Shown: positions 12,570 through 26,451, counted from the first letter of the whole stretch. The stretch is DNA of 63,295 bases, filler included, from Rhabdomonas costata (GCA_019059605.1; 42 parts of 42 records of this genome joined end to end with filler, not necessarily neighbours in it); one strand, 5' to 3'. Notes: a model not told the origin generated them from the sequence alone. Numbers and translations: made by a program.

Positions 12570-13200
12570 TTTTCTCCATTAACTCTGCAACCTTCAACTT
12601 GCTCGGGAAGGTGGATGATTGTGGTGGCGAGCCAGGTTTGTGTTGCGTTGCCATGACTTATCCGCAAGGACAAAAAATAGACCACAAAACAATGTGCCAT
12701 TTCCGAACGATGATATCTGAGGAGACTGTCGAAGCCTTTGCCTGGCTGGATGAAAAAGTGCTGTTCCAAGCCCAATAAGAAAACAGAGAGAGAAATGGCA
12801 ATTCCAAGGATTTTTCCCTTGTGGAACGTAACCTTTCTGCATCTATTGGTGCACACTAGGCTTGGCCTTTCGTTCAGGAAACGCTTTTCATTCAACACAG
12901 CTACAGAAAATACTGTTTTGCCCAGTACCCACAATTCCAAGAGACGGCAGAGCCCACTAGTGGCCTTCAGATCAGGGAAAAGGCATGGGAAGGTAACGAA
13001 GGACCCGACTGCAAAACCACGCCCTTGGATTTGCACACAATCGTGAGAGTGAGAGAGAGACCGAGTGCATCAGTATTACAGGAAACAAAGCGGAGTTCTG
13101 TCATTGTGGAAAGAAGCTGCACCAACCTTCGGTTATGTTTCATGTCCACCAACAACATAAACAGAGTGAAGAACACACTGATCGATCGAAAGGCTAACGT
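12570..13200 (+). mobile_element. Decayed Mutator/MULE-like transposase
   Basis: Ordered, frameshifted motifs NSATFNL ... MISEETVEAFAWL ... EMAIPRIFPLWNVTFLHLLVH ... STNNINRVKNTL resemble MULE D.T, SE..E.F.W, AI...FP...H..C..H and TNN..ES. Confidence 0.5.
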
Positions 13201-14679
13201 ACAACGTGTTACATTCCCGGCCCATAGATCCTTTCCGAAGGAGAGGGAAAATTAAGACAGTGCACTGTCTTAATGCAAATATGATAGTGAATGAAAAAGC
13301 AAAGAAAAAGGAGGCCTAGATTATGAGCCGAATGAACAAACCAACTTCCCCTAGGCTTCCCTTAACGGTCCCGTGGGAGACCGATTCAGCGCGCATGAGA
13401 AAGATCATTGCAAGGCAGGAAGCTTTGAAACATCTCCACTACAAGACCACTACAAGGGTGTCGGGGAGAGCATCGTGCACCACCACCCNNNNNNNNNNNN
13501 NNNNNNNNNNNNNNNNNNNNNNNNNNNNNNNNTTAATTAATTAANNNNNNNNNNNNNNNNNNNNNNNNNNNNNNNNNNNNNNNNNNNNGTGGTGGGTGTG
13601 TTTGGGGTTTTGGGTTAAAAAACTTGTTGTAGGTCGTACAAGAAGTATTTGAAGAGATTTAGACGAGTAAAACATGGTGGAGAAAAGAATTTTCAAAGCG
13701 TTTGAATTTGAACATATTTTGAAGAAAAACACTTCGAATTGAAGCCTATTACTTTCTTTCTACTTCAAGCTGAAGAATCAAAAACTTGGAAGGGTTTTGT
13801 GGATTTCTGAGTAGGAATTTTGAAAAGTATGAGTGTTGAGCAATACAATGTATTGAAGTGTGCTGCGTGCAAAAAGAAGCCTTTTGCATTGGTCTTTGGT
13901 TTTTGTTTAGGATGTTTGTGAATATAAGACGTGCGGTGTTTAGCTATACTTTGCCTTAATTCGCACTGTTTGGACGTTGCTGTGCCCACATAGCCTCTAC
14001 ACACCAGACGGTAATAGAGAAAATCTTTGAAAGGCCAAATTAAAACAAACTACCAGCGTGTTTGCTAGAAGTAGCAAATCCAAGAACAAAACATGCATCG
14101 GGAAGTCGAAAACACACCACACAAGCGGAATGGCAGCACAAACGCAGGCATTTTGCCAAGACAGAAGGATGAGAAAGCACCACAACCGTCATTTTACCTG
14201 GGAAATGACACCGCCAGCTCATCAAAGGTGGCTGAGTGTAATTACAGTCATGTTTTTGGTGTATACCAAGTTAAGCCCTGGCAGCGACCAACGCGCTTCA
14301 CAGGCGTTCTGGAAGCTTTGAAACCAAGCAGGGTACGAAGTCCTGTGAATTCGCCGTGACGTATAAGTGTCCAGTCAGAAGTCTGGGCTGCCACATCTTC
14401 TCCTGTATTTAATTGTCCTGAATGGTATGCCTTTGCTTTTGTTATTCGCTTTTAACACGTTTTCATCAATGTTCTTTGTGATATTTGGCGAAGCAATCAA
14501 CATTAACATCCGAGAAAATTGCAACTTACACCAATGACAACTGCTTGTTAGGCGCAAAGACAACACGCTCGAAAAGCAACACCGTTAGGCTATTTATCTT
14601 TACTTGCGTTGCTTCGCCACTCCATAAGGTTCAAAATAAGCTTGAAAATCTTTTCGCAGCTAAACTTTCCTTTTTCTAA

Positions 14680-14995
14680 CTTTTTAAACCTTGACACACC
14701 TACGCTTCCGATCAATCTGTGGCTGTAGCCTCGTCAAAAACGGATAGCCCAGAACCAATGAAATTTACGTTTGAATTACTCTCAAGAACAACTTAATCGG
14801 CATGGTACCTAATTTGTCAACAATTCGCACAAAATGGGTCACGGGGAGTCCTTATCCATTCTCTACTCTCACGGTGTGCCTTTGCTGCAACGGGTACTTC
14901 TGCAAACGGAATCTCTGCACCACTTCTTGACTTATAAACGAATCTGAAGCTCCGGAATCTAACAGCGCTCTTACCTGCGTATTTTCAATCCAAAA
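14680..14995 (-). mobile_element. Decayed Ty3/gypsy-type aspartic protease
   Basis: Reverse strand reads IENTQVRALLDSGASDSFISQEVVQRFRLQKYPLQQRHTVRVENG* then, after a frameshift, VLGYPFLTRLQPQID. Confidence 0.8.
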
Positions 14996-15313
14996 CAANN
15001 NNNNNNNNNNNNNNNNNNNNNNNNNNNNNNNNNNNNNNNNNNTTAATTAATTAANNNNNNNNNNNNNNNNNNNNNNNNNNNNNNNNNNNNNNNNNNNNGG
15101 AGTACTGGGTCTCTCAGGAGCAGGCATTCCTTTTTGTGTACCTGTACGCCGTCTGTGACCATTGTGTCCATGTCGCGGGAAGTAGAAAACCTGTGAACTG
15201 AGTTTTTGTTGAGGACCGGTGCTTTTTCAAGCCCCGCCCCCCCCCCTCCGAAAATTCCTTAAAAGGTTGTTTCTGAAGACTCTTCGGTGGTTTCCTTCTG
15301 TCACTGGCAAAAC

Positions 15314-15533
15314 GGGGGCATGTACAGTTGGGGGGGGCCTCTAGCGGGTGTTAGACGTTAGATACACGTTCTCCCTGGGATCCAATAGAAGCTTTGCAGG
15401 GGTTAGGAAGGCGACACGCCTGTCCCCTGTTCCAACAGAAGGGCGTGGGTTACACGGATGTTGGACGTCCAACACCGTTAGGCGTGTAACACCGTTGACG
15501 TCTAACGCCCCTCCCCCCATCTGTGCATGACCC
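15314..15533. mobile_element. 220-bp MITE-like element with imperfect TIRs and 8-bp target-site duplication
   Basis: GGCAAAAC at 15306-15313 and 15534-15541 flanks GGGGGCATGTACAGTTGGGGGGGG..GTTAGACGT and ACGTCTAAC..CCCCCCATCTGTGCATGACCC. Confidence 0.8.
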
Positions 15534-15907
15534 GGCAAAACTGATAGCATTTTTAGATTTTCTGATCCTTAATCTTTAGTCCGCAATTGAAGAGAATTTC
15601 AGGTGCCTGCCTTCCAGGAAGACCATCCTGCTGCTTGTGGGGCCTCGGCTTGTCGTTCTCTTATTGGTTTTTTGACATTGCTTTTCCTCATCAATGGACT
15701 GGGTGCCATTCAGAATTCACCGTTTCTTCAATCCATTCTCTCAATACGTCACACGTGTCATACACATAGCCACGCGGATAATTTCAGTCCCGCGACGGCT
15801 AAGAAGATTCCTCCCTCGCGCACCTATTGGCCAACAGCCAGACACCCAAAAGCGAGCGCGTTATGCTTCCACTATGCCCAGCACGAACCTCCTGAAACTG
15901 TATGTAG

Positions 15908-16075
15908 GCCCAGAAGAGGGCCCTTCTGGTCGGGGGCAGCCTATGGGTGGCCGGAGATGTGCGGTGCATCTGCCATACCAACCCGGCCAACGGGCAGCTG
16001 CAGTTCGCAGAGGCCTCCTGCCGCCGGCCCCTCACGGGGCTTCCCAACGGCACCACGGTGATCTACTGGGACCCC
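15908..16075 (+). CDS. Internal exon, unknown protein
   Basis: AG/GT-bounded, 168 nt, GC3-rich frame AQKRALLVGGSLWVAGDVRCICH...TTVIYWDP. Confidence 0.55.
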
Positions 16076-18459
16076 GTTTGCCTCCACCTTTTGATCCGGC
16101 TGCTCAGAGTGCGTGTGCGTGCACTCGTTCCGCCCCTTGCTTCGCCTTACTCGCCATTGCTGGCTGCTTCTCTTCCACCACAGCTGAGCAGCGAAACCGT
16201 TGCGGAATGGAATGGCTCACCCTCGATCTTAAGATCTAAAGTTGAAGCTTATAGGAGAAGAAGGACCCACCGCTATAAAAGCTGTGTTTGGAATTACGCG
16301 TAACTGGTCTGTGTGTGGATCAGAATGAAACGGAGTACTTTCCAGTTTGTCTCTTGCAATCCTGTTGTTGCAGGTTTTGTTTGTTTCCTGGTAAACGCCC
16401 GATAACGCTGCTGCTCTGCGAAGTAAGAAGCCACTTAACGCGTGTTGTTCAAGGAATTTGCCTCATAATGACTAAGTCTGTAGAGGCAAATTCCTTGAAC
16501 AACCACANNNNNNNNNNNNNNNNNNNNNNNNNNNNNNNNNNNNNNNNNNNNTTAATTAATTAANNNNNNNNNNNNNNNNNNNNNNNNNNNNNNNNNNNNN
16601 NNNNNNNGTTTTTTTGGAAGGGGTAAGGGAAGAACGAAGGCGCCTACCTGCTTGGTGAAGATGCGGATCAGCTCCACAAGCTCCCTACGCAGCGACGGAA
16701 CGGAAAGAACAAACCGGAGGTTACTGTTTGGACTTGGATGAAGGCGGCCACGGAAGTTGACCTCTTTACCAACGCCAGACCACACATTCCCGACGGGGGG
16801 TTGCCGCTGGACACACCGAGTTATGTTATGCTACTTAGAGATGCGTTCAAGCCAAGCACGATGGGAGCACGATTGAGGGTGGTCGCGCAAACGTGACGGA
16901 AGCTGCCTTCCCGGAAGCCATTAGCTGCGGTCGACGGGGAAACTTCTTTCCTGTGTTCTTTCAAATTTCCTGCCGAAGTAGTGTGAGGAATTGAAAAGTT
17001 GCTGAAAAGAAATGAATGTGAAATATCACGCCGTGAAGAAACCTCCACCCCACCACACACGCTTCCCTGACACCTCACGGAACGGACCCACAAAAGAACA
17101 CAAAGGGGATAACACGCCACGAACAGAAGCATTACAACAAAAGGTCTGCCGAGGTCTGTGCACCCACACATTGTCCAAAATCCTTCTCTGCCAAGCAGGG
17201 GGGGCACACATAAAATTGATGCTCCCAGTGTCGTCCTCGAGGTCAAAATCCTCCCTCACCGATTCCGGAGGGTCTGAAAACCCAGCCCCCCCCCCCTCCA
17301 CTAACTAATTATCTCTTCGCTTCGCAACTCGGTTCGACAGATTCAAAGAGAGCACTGGAACGCGAGTACGTTCCCCAAAGATAATGGCAAGACAACATGA
17401 GGCACAGATGACGCAATGGGAAGCTCTTCTGTGGAGAAATCGCAGTCACTCTATCTGGCTGCTCCCAATCCCAGGGGTACGGGTGATTATACAGAAGCTA
17501 ATGCTATTTCACTTGTTCCGCCATGCTCGAAAACGTCAAACGGTGTTGAACAAAGTGTTAAGGCCGTTTGTTTGATTCCTCGCCAAAAAATGCATACTCA
17601 GCGTCCACATGTTCACCTGAAACTGTTTGTAGTGCCCCAAATGGCAAATCATTGACGAGGAAAAGCATACCAATGGAAAGCACTTCCATGCAGCTCTCGG
17701 TGGACTTGTGCAGCGCGAGCAGGTCCACCCTGAAAGCGGCCAAGAAGAGACCGCGTCACCGTAATGTTTCCACATTTGAACCATCCTTCCTACCCCATCC
17801 TACCCACTAGTTTCAACACACCGTCACCAACAGCCGCTCTTTCACAGAAAAACAAGCGCAAATCGACTTCATGGTATCTGAATGAATTTCATAATTTTCA
17901 ACCGGCCTTTGAGGCGCGTCGTTTCCCGAAGTGGAAAGGTCCTTCAAGTAACTATAATTTGCCAAAAAAAAATTGCGAAAAAAAAGTCGACCAAACCAAC
18001 CCAACCACACCCAACACNNNNNNNNNNNNNNNNNNNNNNNNNNNNNNNNNNNNNNNNNNNNTTAATTAATTAANNNNNNNNNNNNNNNNNNNNNNNNNNN
18101 NNNNNNNNNNNNNNNNNTGTGTGGTGTATGCACCACAGAAGTACACCACAGCAAAAACAACCGAAGCCAAGCCAGAAAGTCAGACGTTCATTCTCGCCCA
18201 GCGGTCAGCAGCTCATCGTCAACGAACCACCTGTCCAATCCCACGCCCGGATGTCCCGCCAAGGTGCGAACGAGACCCGCACTCCAGAAATCACGCGGCA
18301 AACAGCGATGCGGCACCGTTTCAGTCAACCAAAATGAATATGAGGTGTCATTCTGTGGTGCATACACCATACATATAAAGCGTCATGTCGCCTTTCCGAA
18401 GTGAGAGCATGTTTCGACCTATCATGTGAAAGTTTTACCCTTGAGCCGAAAGGACAACG

Positions 18460-19261
18460 TCAACAGGCTGCGACGACCTACGCGCAAGCCATCCACTCAG
18501 AAAAAACGTTAACTCTGTCTGCATGAATTCAAAAAATGTGTCCCAATTCCCACACGGCACCTTGTGCAAAGCAAATTCTGAAGCAATTTGAGAAGGGAAA
18601 GAGTACCAGGACTGCCTGTTTGGCGGCATTGTGGATGAGGTAGGTGCTGAAGGACCCGAAGACAATCGTTGCTACCGAACCCATGCCCCGGCTGCCACAC
18701 ACGATGGTCTGAACCCCTAGACTGTCCGCGAAGGCCACAGCAGCGGGCAAAGGATCCTCCGCGCCCTCGATGTACGCGGAGACACTGTCCTCTGGAATGA
18801 CCTTTTTCCAGTTTACGCGAAAGCGTGCAACGGGAGAAAGGAGGGAGAGTCTGACACTCAGGCATTTGCAAAAGGCTGTCACGAGCATACAAAATTAACG
18901 GCGGCAAATACACAGCTAACCACAAAGTGGAAATGAACGCAAAACGACGATGAACGACGATGAGCATATTTCGCATGCAAAAGTAGGGTCTGCATATGTC
19001 TAGGGTAGGGTCTGCATATGCTGCTGCCAATTCTTGTTCTGACTTAGGCGGGAACATTTATCGCACTTTCTTCTCTCAGTCCAGAAGCACACTTTCCAAG
19101 GCCACTACAGAGGGTTCTTCACTTAACACCATCCGCCGACATAACAAAGCGAGTGTGCACAGTGCCTGCGCCTCGGTGACGATCCGGCGGGTGACACTGA
19201 CCCAGCGCTGCCGCTCGCTGAGAGGGTCCACGGAGGACCCCGCCCCCTCCAAGGGCGAGAT
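18460..19261 (-). CDS. Universal stress protein (USP) family, last three exons
   Basis: Exons 19261-19166, 18801-18607 and 18477-18460; ...QTIVCGSRGMGSVATIVFGSFSTYLIHNAAKQAVL|VVAAC* carries the USP GSRG-x8-GS motif and the VLVV end. Confidence 0.85.
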
Positions 19262-21258
19262 CTGCGGAGACGAGCAGAGGCAAGAGGAAGTTTAGTGTGG
19301 AGCCAGAAAGAGGATGAAGCATGCACATGGCTTCCGTATCAGCAAGTACTCCACACCTCATAAAAAAAGCCAATTGGCTGGTCTCACTTAGGAGTGAATG
19401 ACTCTGGCCCCACCCCATCCACGACGAAAAATGGGGGCCACCGGTTACGGACACCTGGCTGGGGATGAGGACTGACCGCAGTCTCGAGCAGTTGCGAAAC
19501 TTGAGATGACAACTGAGAAAAAACACANNNNNNNNNNNNNNNNNNNNNNNNNNNNNNNNNNNNNNNNNNNNTTAATTAATTAANNNNNNNNNNNNNNNNN
19601 NNNNNNNNNNNNNNNNNNNNNNNNNNNTTTATACGCTTTTTTCAAGGCTGACAAAACACACAATGAGATGCAGAAAAAGCGATCTCTAGCGCCCGTCAGT
19701 CGCAGGTTGCACGGCCCAGGGAGTGTGTACAACACGATATACATGGCTGTTGTTGCGAAATATCAGAAAAAAAAAGAAAAGCTTTCTTCCTGTTGTTCTG
19801 TTGTTGACGTGCGCTGCACATTACGTGTTTTCTGCGGAACTTACTTTGAGGCACAGCAGGGTGAGCTTTGAGGAGCTTCGTTTGCTTTCGCAGCCCGTAC
19901 CAACCCCCCTGCCGGAAGCTCCACAACCCCACCCCGTGGTGTGTGTGATGCGTCGCTCGTGGTGCGGTGGTGGAAAATCACACATCCGCGTTCTAAAAGG
20001 TCTCACTTGAGGCCACGGTATTCTTGGCTTGTTGTGTATGCAGTGATAGCGTTTGGGTTGAACGGGTGGCTGCGTCTTTGTGAAATGGGGGAACTTCCAG
20101 AATCACCCATCTGCAGCAATCTTCCGTGTTTACCTGAAAAACCGGGGATAGGTCGACTTATTTCGGCGTAAATCTGCATGCTTTGTCCTTTTTGTATATG
20201 AGTTATCCCAATATTTCACTTGGTTGTTTCTCTCGTCGTTTGGGGGTTTGCTGTTGACGGTCTTTCTCTACAATTTATCCAGATCAGGTCGCGTCCCGCT
20301 CCCCGCTTAGAAATAAATGCAAACCACACAGTTCAGGCAAGCTCCGCCGGTCCTCCTGGAACCGGACTTCCAAACAGATTTACGCCCTGCTCGGGCGCTG
20401 GCAACTTCACCCCGCCTTTCTGGCCACAGCATCGGGCGCGCTCCGCTCGTCCGCCATCTCGGCCGCCCCCGAAGCGCTTGTCCACGAGGCGGGAGGGCGC
20501 CAACACCGTCAGGGGGCCTCCAAATAATGGGAGGGGCGTTGTAATGGCTTTCGACGAGTTCCAAAAGGTCACGTAATAGAGCCAAACGCTCGAAAACCGC
20601 ACAAAACAACGTAAACTAGAACACCGGAACTTCTTCCTCTCTTCTTTCCCGTTTTCCTTCTCGTCTCGGTCTTATTCTTTCGCGCAAGCAAATACAAACG
20701 TATAAAGCAGGTTACCCTGCAACCTCAGAACGTGGAAGTCACCGGTCAAACCAACATGACCCACACCAAAATATCCAGCGGTTGAAAGTCACCATGAAAA
20801 ACTTGAGATCGGAATTCCTCGCGCATAGTTCTCTTACTTTTGGGGTGTTTTCTGCTTTGCCAAAACTGCAACAACCACACACATACGGACAGAGAGAATG
20901 ACGGACAGACAGTTTCTGGGTAGTTGTGAACCCTTCACTTTACTGCGTTCGTTCTTCCTTTTTGTTTCGTTACGGGGGTTTGCCGGGTGGGTGTCGACTA
21001 CCGTAGTGGGGCGGGGCGCCTCCCTTCATGACCAAACNNNNNNNNNNNNNNNNNNNNNNNNNNNNNNNNNNNNNNNNNNNNTTAATTAATTAANNNNNNN
21101 NNNNNNNNNNNNNNNNNNNNNNNNNNNNNNNNNNNNNGGGGGGTGGGGCGAGGAGTCCAAGACAAAAAAGTCCAGGAGAAAGAACTGATGAACCACAGAG
21201 AGACGGAGTTCGGGTTTTTTCGACCAGCAGCGCCGCTTCAAGAAACTCGAGGAAGGAC

Positions 21259-22470
21259 CTGGTGTTCACAGTAGCTGTGGCCTTGCCGTCTCCGTGGGGG
21301 GTCCACGCCAGCTTTGCCTCCTGTGTTCCAGCCGTTTCTTCGGCAACGCCGAAGTCCATCACCCGATTGTTCACGAACAACTTTACTCGGTTTGGTCTGA
21401 AGGACAAGAAATCAAAAAAGATTATTTCCATAAGGAAATTTTTTGCACAGCGTCACCACTGTTCAGTGAAAGGTCCACGTGCAAACAGCAAACAGCAAAC
21501 AGCAAACAACAAACAGCAAGCAAGGGACAAAAAACAGATGAAATGCCAGAAGGCGTTACGGGAAACGTGTGCAAAGCTCAGAACTGGGGGAAAGCACACC
21601 TGGAGGGCAAAGAGCGGTAAGGTGAACCAGTCGTCTGGGAGAGAGAGCGTTTTTGACTTCCATTTATTCTTCAAAATTTAAGAACAAATCTTCAGGGTTG
21701 CTGCGAATAACAGGTGCTGAGCATATTACGCGCCAGCTGGTGCGAGGCCAAAACAAAACTGGAAGAAATGGGGAAATACTCGACGAATGACAAATTTGGT
21801 TTAAAGTTCATCACTTTCTCGTACCCCCTTTCTCATTATCAGTCAGTTTTCAGTGATTGAAGCCAGTTTCAGCTTCTGAATTGTGCTTCACGTTGTTCTC
21901 TGTGTGCGTGCCTCCGCTCGTTTCTGCTGTGGGTGTCTGGTCGTGGCTCGCTCTCTGTGTTTGCTTGTCCTTTTGGGGTATAGGGATATAGGATACATGG
22001 ACCACGTCCGCGGGATTTTTCCACGGTTGAGAGTGTGGAAGAGTGGGAGATTTCATCTTGATCAAGCTTTTTTTTTGGACCACACTAAACGGCAAATGAG
22101 TTTCACCCCTTCACACCTTTACATTTGCAACCTCAAAATATGTTTTTACAGTAAGAAGAAACCACAAGCTTTCAGGGTTGGTGGGAGAAGGCGACTGCCA
22201 ACTGATGAGAGAAAGATTACGAAAAGCACAACGTCAAAAGGTCGCGACAACCTGTGAAACAGATATAAGATATAGAGTGTGCTCGGTTTCTGCTGCACAG
22301 GCAACCGTACAAAAGGATCAAAATCACCAGGAAAAACGGTTCATTCTGCACACACGGAAACCTTCGCCCATCAGCTGGAGAAGTGAAAACGATGGAGTGC
22401 ACTTTCACCGCCTGCTTGAACGGAATGTTCATCAGCAACTGAGCGTCAGTGTCACTTTGCAAAAGACCGC
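21259..22470 (-). CDS. PITH-domain protein (TXNL1/PITHD1-like), two exons
   Basis: Exons 22470-22362 (LQSDTDAQLLMNIPFKQAVKVHSI) and 21396-21259 (PNRVKLFVNNRVMDF) join in frame across GT-AG. Confidence 0.9.
21482..21523. repeat. (AAACAGC)n imperfect tandem repeat in intron
   Basis: Direct reading. Confidence 0.8.
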
Positions 22471-25400
22471 CTAAAATTCAAACAAACAATAAGAATGCAT
22501 CAGCACGTCAACACGTCAACAGCAACTGCACTTTTTTCCGCTNNNNNNNNNNNNNNNNNNNNNNNNNNNNNNNNNNNNNNNNNNNNTTAATTAATTAANN
22601 NNNNNNNNNNNNNNNNNNNNNNNNNNNNNNNNNNNNNNNNNNTTGCATTGCATTGCACATTTTTCAATTCCGTCGTCTTCCTCGGCTTGCAGTTTTCATG
22701 TTAAATTTCTCGTTGACCTGCCATCGTGCATAACATTCATAGAAATGGTGAGGGGCACTTGTTGCACCCTCTTTTTTTGGAAATCTGGTTCTTGATCAGC
22801 CCTGGCGTTGCTGTATTGTCAGTGCGCCATTTCTAAGGCCATTGTAAGCTTTGCTTTGCGTTACTTCCCATGTTGTGCGGCACTTCGACAACCTTTGCGT
22901 GCTTTACTTGGCTCATTTTCTAAGGCTGGAAAGTTTTGTGCATGCGAACCAACTGTTTTCGCTCAATATTGTAATATCAGAACTGCACCACTATATATGG
23001 CGGAGTTCAAATCGAACTTTACGCATCCTCAACAAAGCCGACAGTCACTGACTCCACAGCCCGGTCACAAAGTCCTGAGGAACACGGAAGCACCCGAGAA
23101 ATAGTTCCGACTTTGGCGCAGAAAGTGCTTCGAAGGTCTCCATAGCTCATCTGAAAATATTTCCTGATTCATCGCAAAATAGCAAAAGTAACGGCCTATG
23201 TTTGGGGTGCAATACTTCGAATGGAAAACCGTTACACACCAGTTTCCGGGTGTAACCTGCTTTAATTTGCATCAACGCGTTTGGCTCTTGCGATGGGCGA
23301 TTCTCGACAGTTTGCTCTGGCATCGGCAACTGCATGTGCATTCTCAACGAGGCCAGCATCCCGAGTCTGAGAGGAGCTCAAGTGCCAGCAAAACAGAGTA
23401 TGTAAAATTTGAGTCAACGGTGGTGCGCAATGTTTTCTTTTGTTTTCTCGGCTGATGCATGGCGACATGCCATTTTGTTTTGAACGAAATGTTGATGGGA
23501 TGTTGGTGATGAGCTAGTTTTTTTCCATTTTTGATGAAATTGTACAATTCACGTTAACCTCTCAGTTTTAATCAGTAGGTGTGTGCGGCATGTGCACCAC
23601 ACCGCCAGAGAAGCAACGCGGAATTGTTCAACAGGGGAGAAAGTTATACAATGCGTTCTCGAGACCATCTGTTAATGGTTGGCTTGCGCTCTGCTATACC
23701 TTTTTCTTCCCGCTGACTTGTTTTTTGCCTACTGCGCAATCGATCTTACCTATTTTCATGCTATGCTTGCAACTGTGTGCTGAAAGTTCATGGCGGTAGC
23801 TTTGGTTGTTCACGGGTGGCGCTTTGTTCAGCCGCGAAGCAGCCCCCCATCGCTGAGTCTGCTCCGCCGGCCGTGACGGTCCAAGCGTAAGGGAATGCCC
23901 ACTGTATTCTACATACCTTTTCATTCCAAAGGCTTGCCCAAGTTTGAGACATTGGGATTGCCTTACCGGTTTTTGGAGAGAGTGAATGAATGAGAGGACA
24001 GGTGCGGAAAGCTTGTCCACACGGTGTCTAATCCATCCTTCCCCAACCCACANNNNNNNNNNNNNNNNNNNNNNNNNNNNNNNNNNNNNNNNNNNNTTAA
24101 TTAATTAANNNNNNNNNNNNNNNNNNNNNNNNNNNNNNNNNNNNNNNNNNNNGGTTTGGGGGCTAAGGGGTATTTTGTGTTGCACTGTGGACACCGCACA
24201 GACTGACAGGCCCTCCACAAAGCTCGCCATATGAAGCGCCAAGGGTGTTTGTGAGTCTGCTCGACTGTGTGTCTGTCTGTGTATGGCCATCTTTTTTGTT
24301 CACACTCTCCTCATACATTACATGGCATGCATACATTAACATGACATCTCATCACAAGCTGCACATCCAGCATTCAAGGAAATGACCACCGATTCTACTG
24401 AGCGGTAGTTAAATTGGACAGGGAGGTTGCTGTTTGCTTCCCCACCCATTTCACCCAATAGATACTTTCATTCTTTTGTTGCCACGGACTCTTGCTGCTC
24501 TCTTTCACCATGGGTGATGCAGCTCAACTGCTACCACTGTTTCTGCAAAATTTCTCATCTTCGAGGGCCAGATCGTCACACTCCAACTAATGGTGCCAGC
24601 CCGCTCACCCCAGGGCCAGAGCCTGAGTCACGTGCTTGGGCTGCAGCGCTTAAAGCAAGACCCGAACCTGCCCGACTTCCTGCGGCCCTGCATTCCTCCG
24701 TGCTAAACCACCTGACTGGCAACTCATCTTACACTCGACTCCACGACGAATCACGACGAGCTCTTATCATCCAGGGTTCACCCCTTGTAAAGAAAAGGCC
24801 ACACGGATAAAAAAAGCGGCCCTATATTCGGGGACAGGTTGGTGAGATCCCCTCGATCTGTGCGGAGGCATTTTGTTGCTGCAGGCGGGACAACCGGTGC
24901 AGCTCTCACCTGAGCGGTTGATAACAAGCAGTCCTGGGAGCTATCATACGCACGTGCTATGTCATAGACCCATTTATCGCCCAACCAACCGCGTGAAAAT
25001 CGCTTACAAATGTCAGTGCACCCCTGGATGCAATGTCCTCTTCCTGAACGAGACGTTTCCCATGCTGCGGGTCACAGGCGGGCTGTTATCCCATTGGGAA
25101 GAGGGTGCAAAAGTGTGAATTCACCCTTTAAATGAAAAATGCTTCCAATCTGGCAAGGAGTTCGGAAGCAGAAAACTGTGGTTACTTTAACCAGCCAATT
25201 TTTGAAGAGGGCCATATGATAAGTTCCACTTCCTCCTCAGTTAAAGCACAGGTGTGACCGGGGTGGTCACCCGCTTCGAATAAAAACATGGCAAAAATGC
25301 AGCTTTCTCACAGCACTCCAAAGCTGTGCTCAGAAACTCTGAGAGGCAAAACAGAGAATGTGATCGTGGCGCGAGCGCGACGAACGAACAGGGAGGGGGT

Positions 25401-26297
25401 CAGGGTCAGGCACCACGAGATCGCACACAGTGGCTTCTGAGGTGAATTCCGAACCCCACTCATTCCCCTTCTCCTTTTGGTGAACAGCGACTGACAATAA
25501 AGGGCGAATGTGCACCAGCCCTTTGGATGCTCATCCACCAGCTTCACTCTCCCCCCACCACANNNNNNNNNNNNNNNNNNNNNNNNNNNNNNNNNNNNNN
25601 NNNNNNTTAATTAATTAANNNNNNNNNNNNNNNNNNNNNNNNNNNNNNNNNNNNNNNNNNNNAAGTCCAGTGTTCAAAGTCCGGCGCACACAACAATGCA
25701 AAGAGAATTGAAAACGTGAGTGCGGTCCTGTTTTATTTCGCTTATGGAGATGATGATGCGGCGCTTCTATTAGTGCGGGCAGCGGCTCAGCGGTGGCCGC
25801 ACCCGGATCCGCACCACGCAGCCTTTATTAAACTCAACTTCTCACACGAGAGGGGCGCTCTTTCATTCATTCTGTTATATGATCCAACATTATTTATTAC
25901 AGGACAAAGCACATGACCAAGAATCAAACACCTTCGCGGTATCCACCTTTACCTCAGCAAACAACACAGGTTCCATTTCAGCCGCTGTTTCCGCTCACCG
26001 TGCCTCGCACTATGGCATTTTGTCTGTCTTTCAGATGTTTCTGCTTTTACTGTGGTTTTTTTTTGGAAATCCAGAACTGAAGTTTTCGTCTTATTCGCAT
26101 CACATTGTTTTGTTTTTGCTCTTTGTCTGGTTCTTGCCCGTACTCTTCCTGCCCCTTTGTGCTGATCCCTTTCCCATGCATCAATGGCTTTCCCCCGGCC
26201 ATCCTTTTGACTGCAGCCTCAAGCCCGCAGCCACGCAGGAGACGGAGCGGCTCCACTAACCCTCTCCTAACCAGTTCACATTCCCACATTCTCGCAG

Positions 26298-26451
26298 GTC
26301 GACTTCACCGCAGACACGCCCCTTAACGCAGTGGCCCATCTCATTCTTTGCGCAGTGCTGGAGGTCATGCCCATCCACTCGCCGCCTGGGACACACATGC
26401 TCATGCACGCACTGTCCGTGTTCTCTCTCCTCTGCCTCTGCTGTGCCGGAG
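26298..26451 (+). CDS. Probable internal exon, unknown hydrophobic protein
   Basis: cgcag|...|gtcacg; open frame VDFTADTPLNAVAHLILCAVLEVMPIHSPPGTHMLMHALSVFSLLCLCCA. Confidence 0.45.

Noticed and set aside
18804..19171. Strict euglenid nonconventional intron (CAG at +4, CTG at -8) in the USP gene
   Set aside because: Those exact boundaries shift the reading frame; GC-AG fits better.
23147..23359. Tc1/IS630-like transposase (AGYTRKL...LFCDESG)
   Set aside because: Only two short motifs; downstream DDE residues not recoverable.
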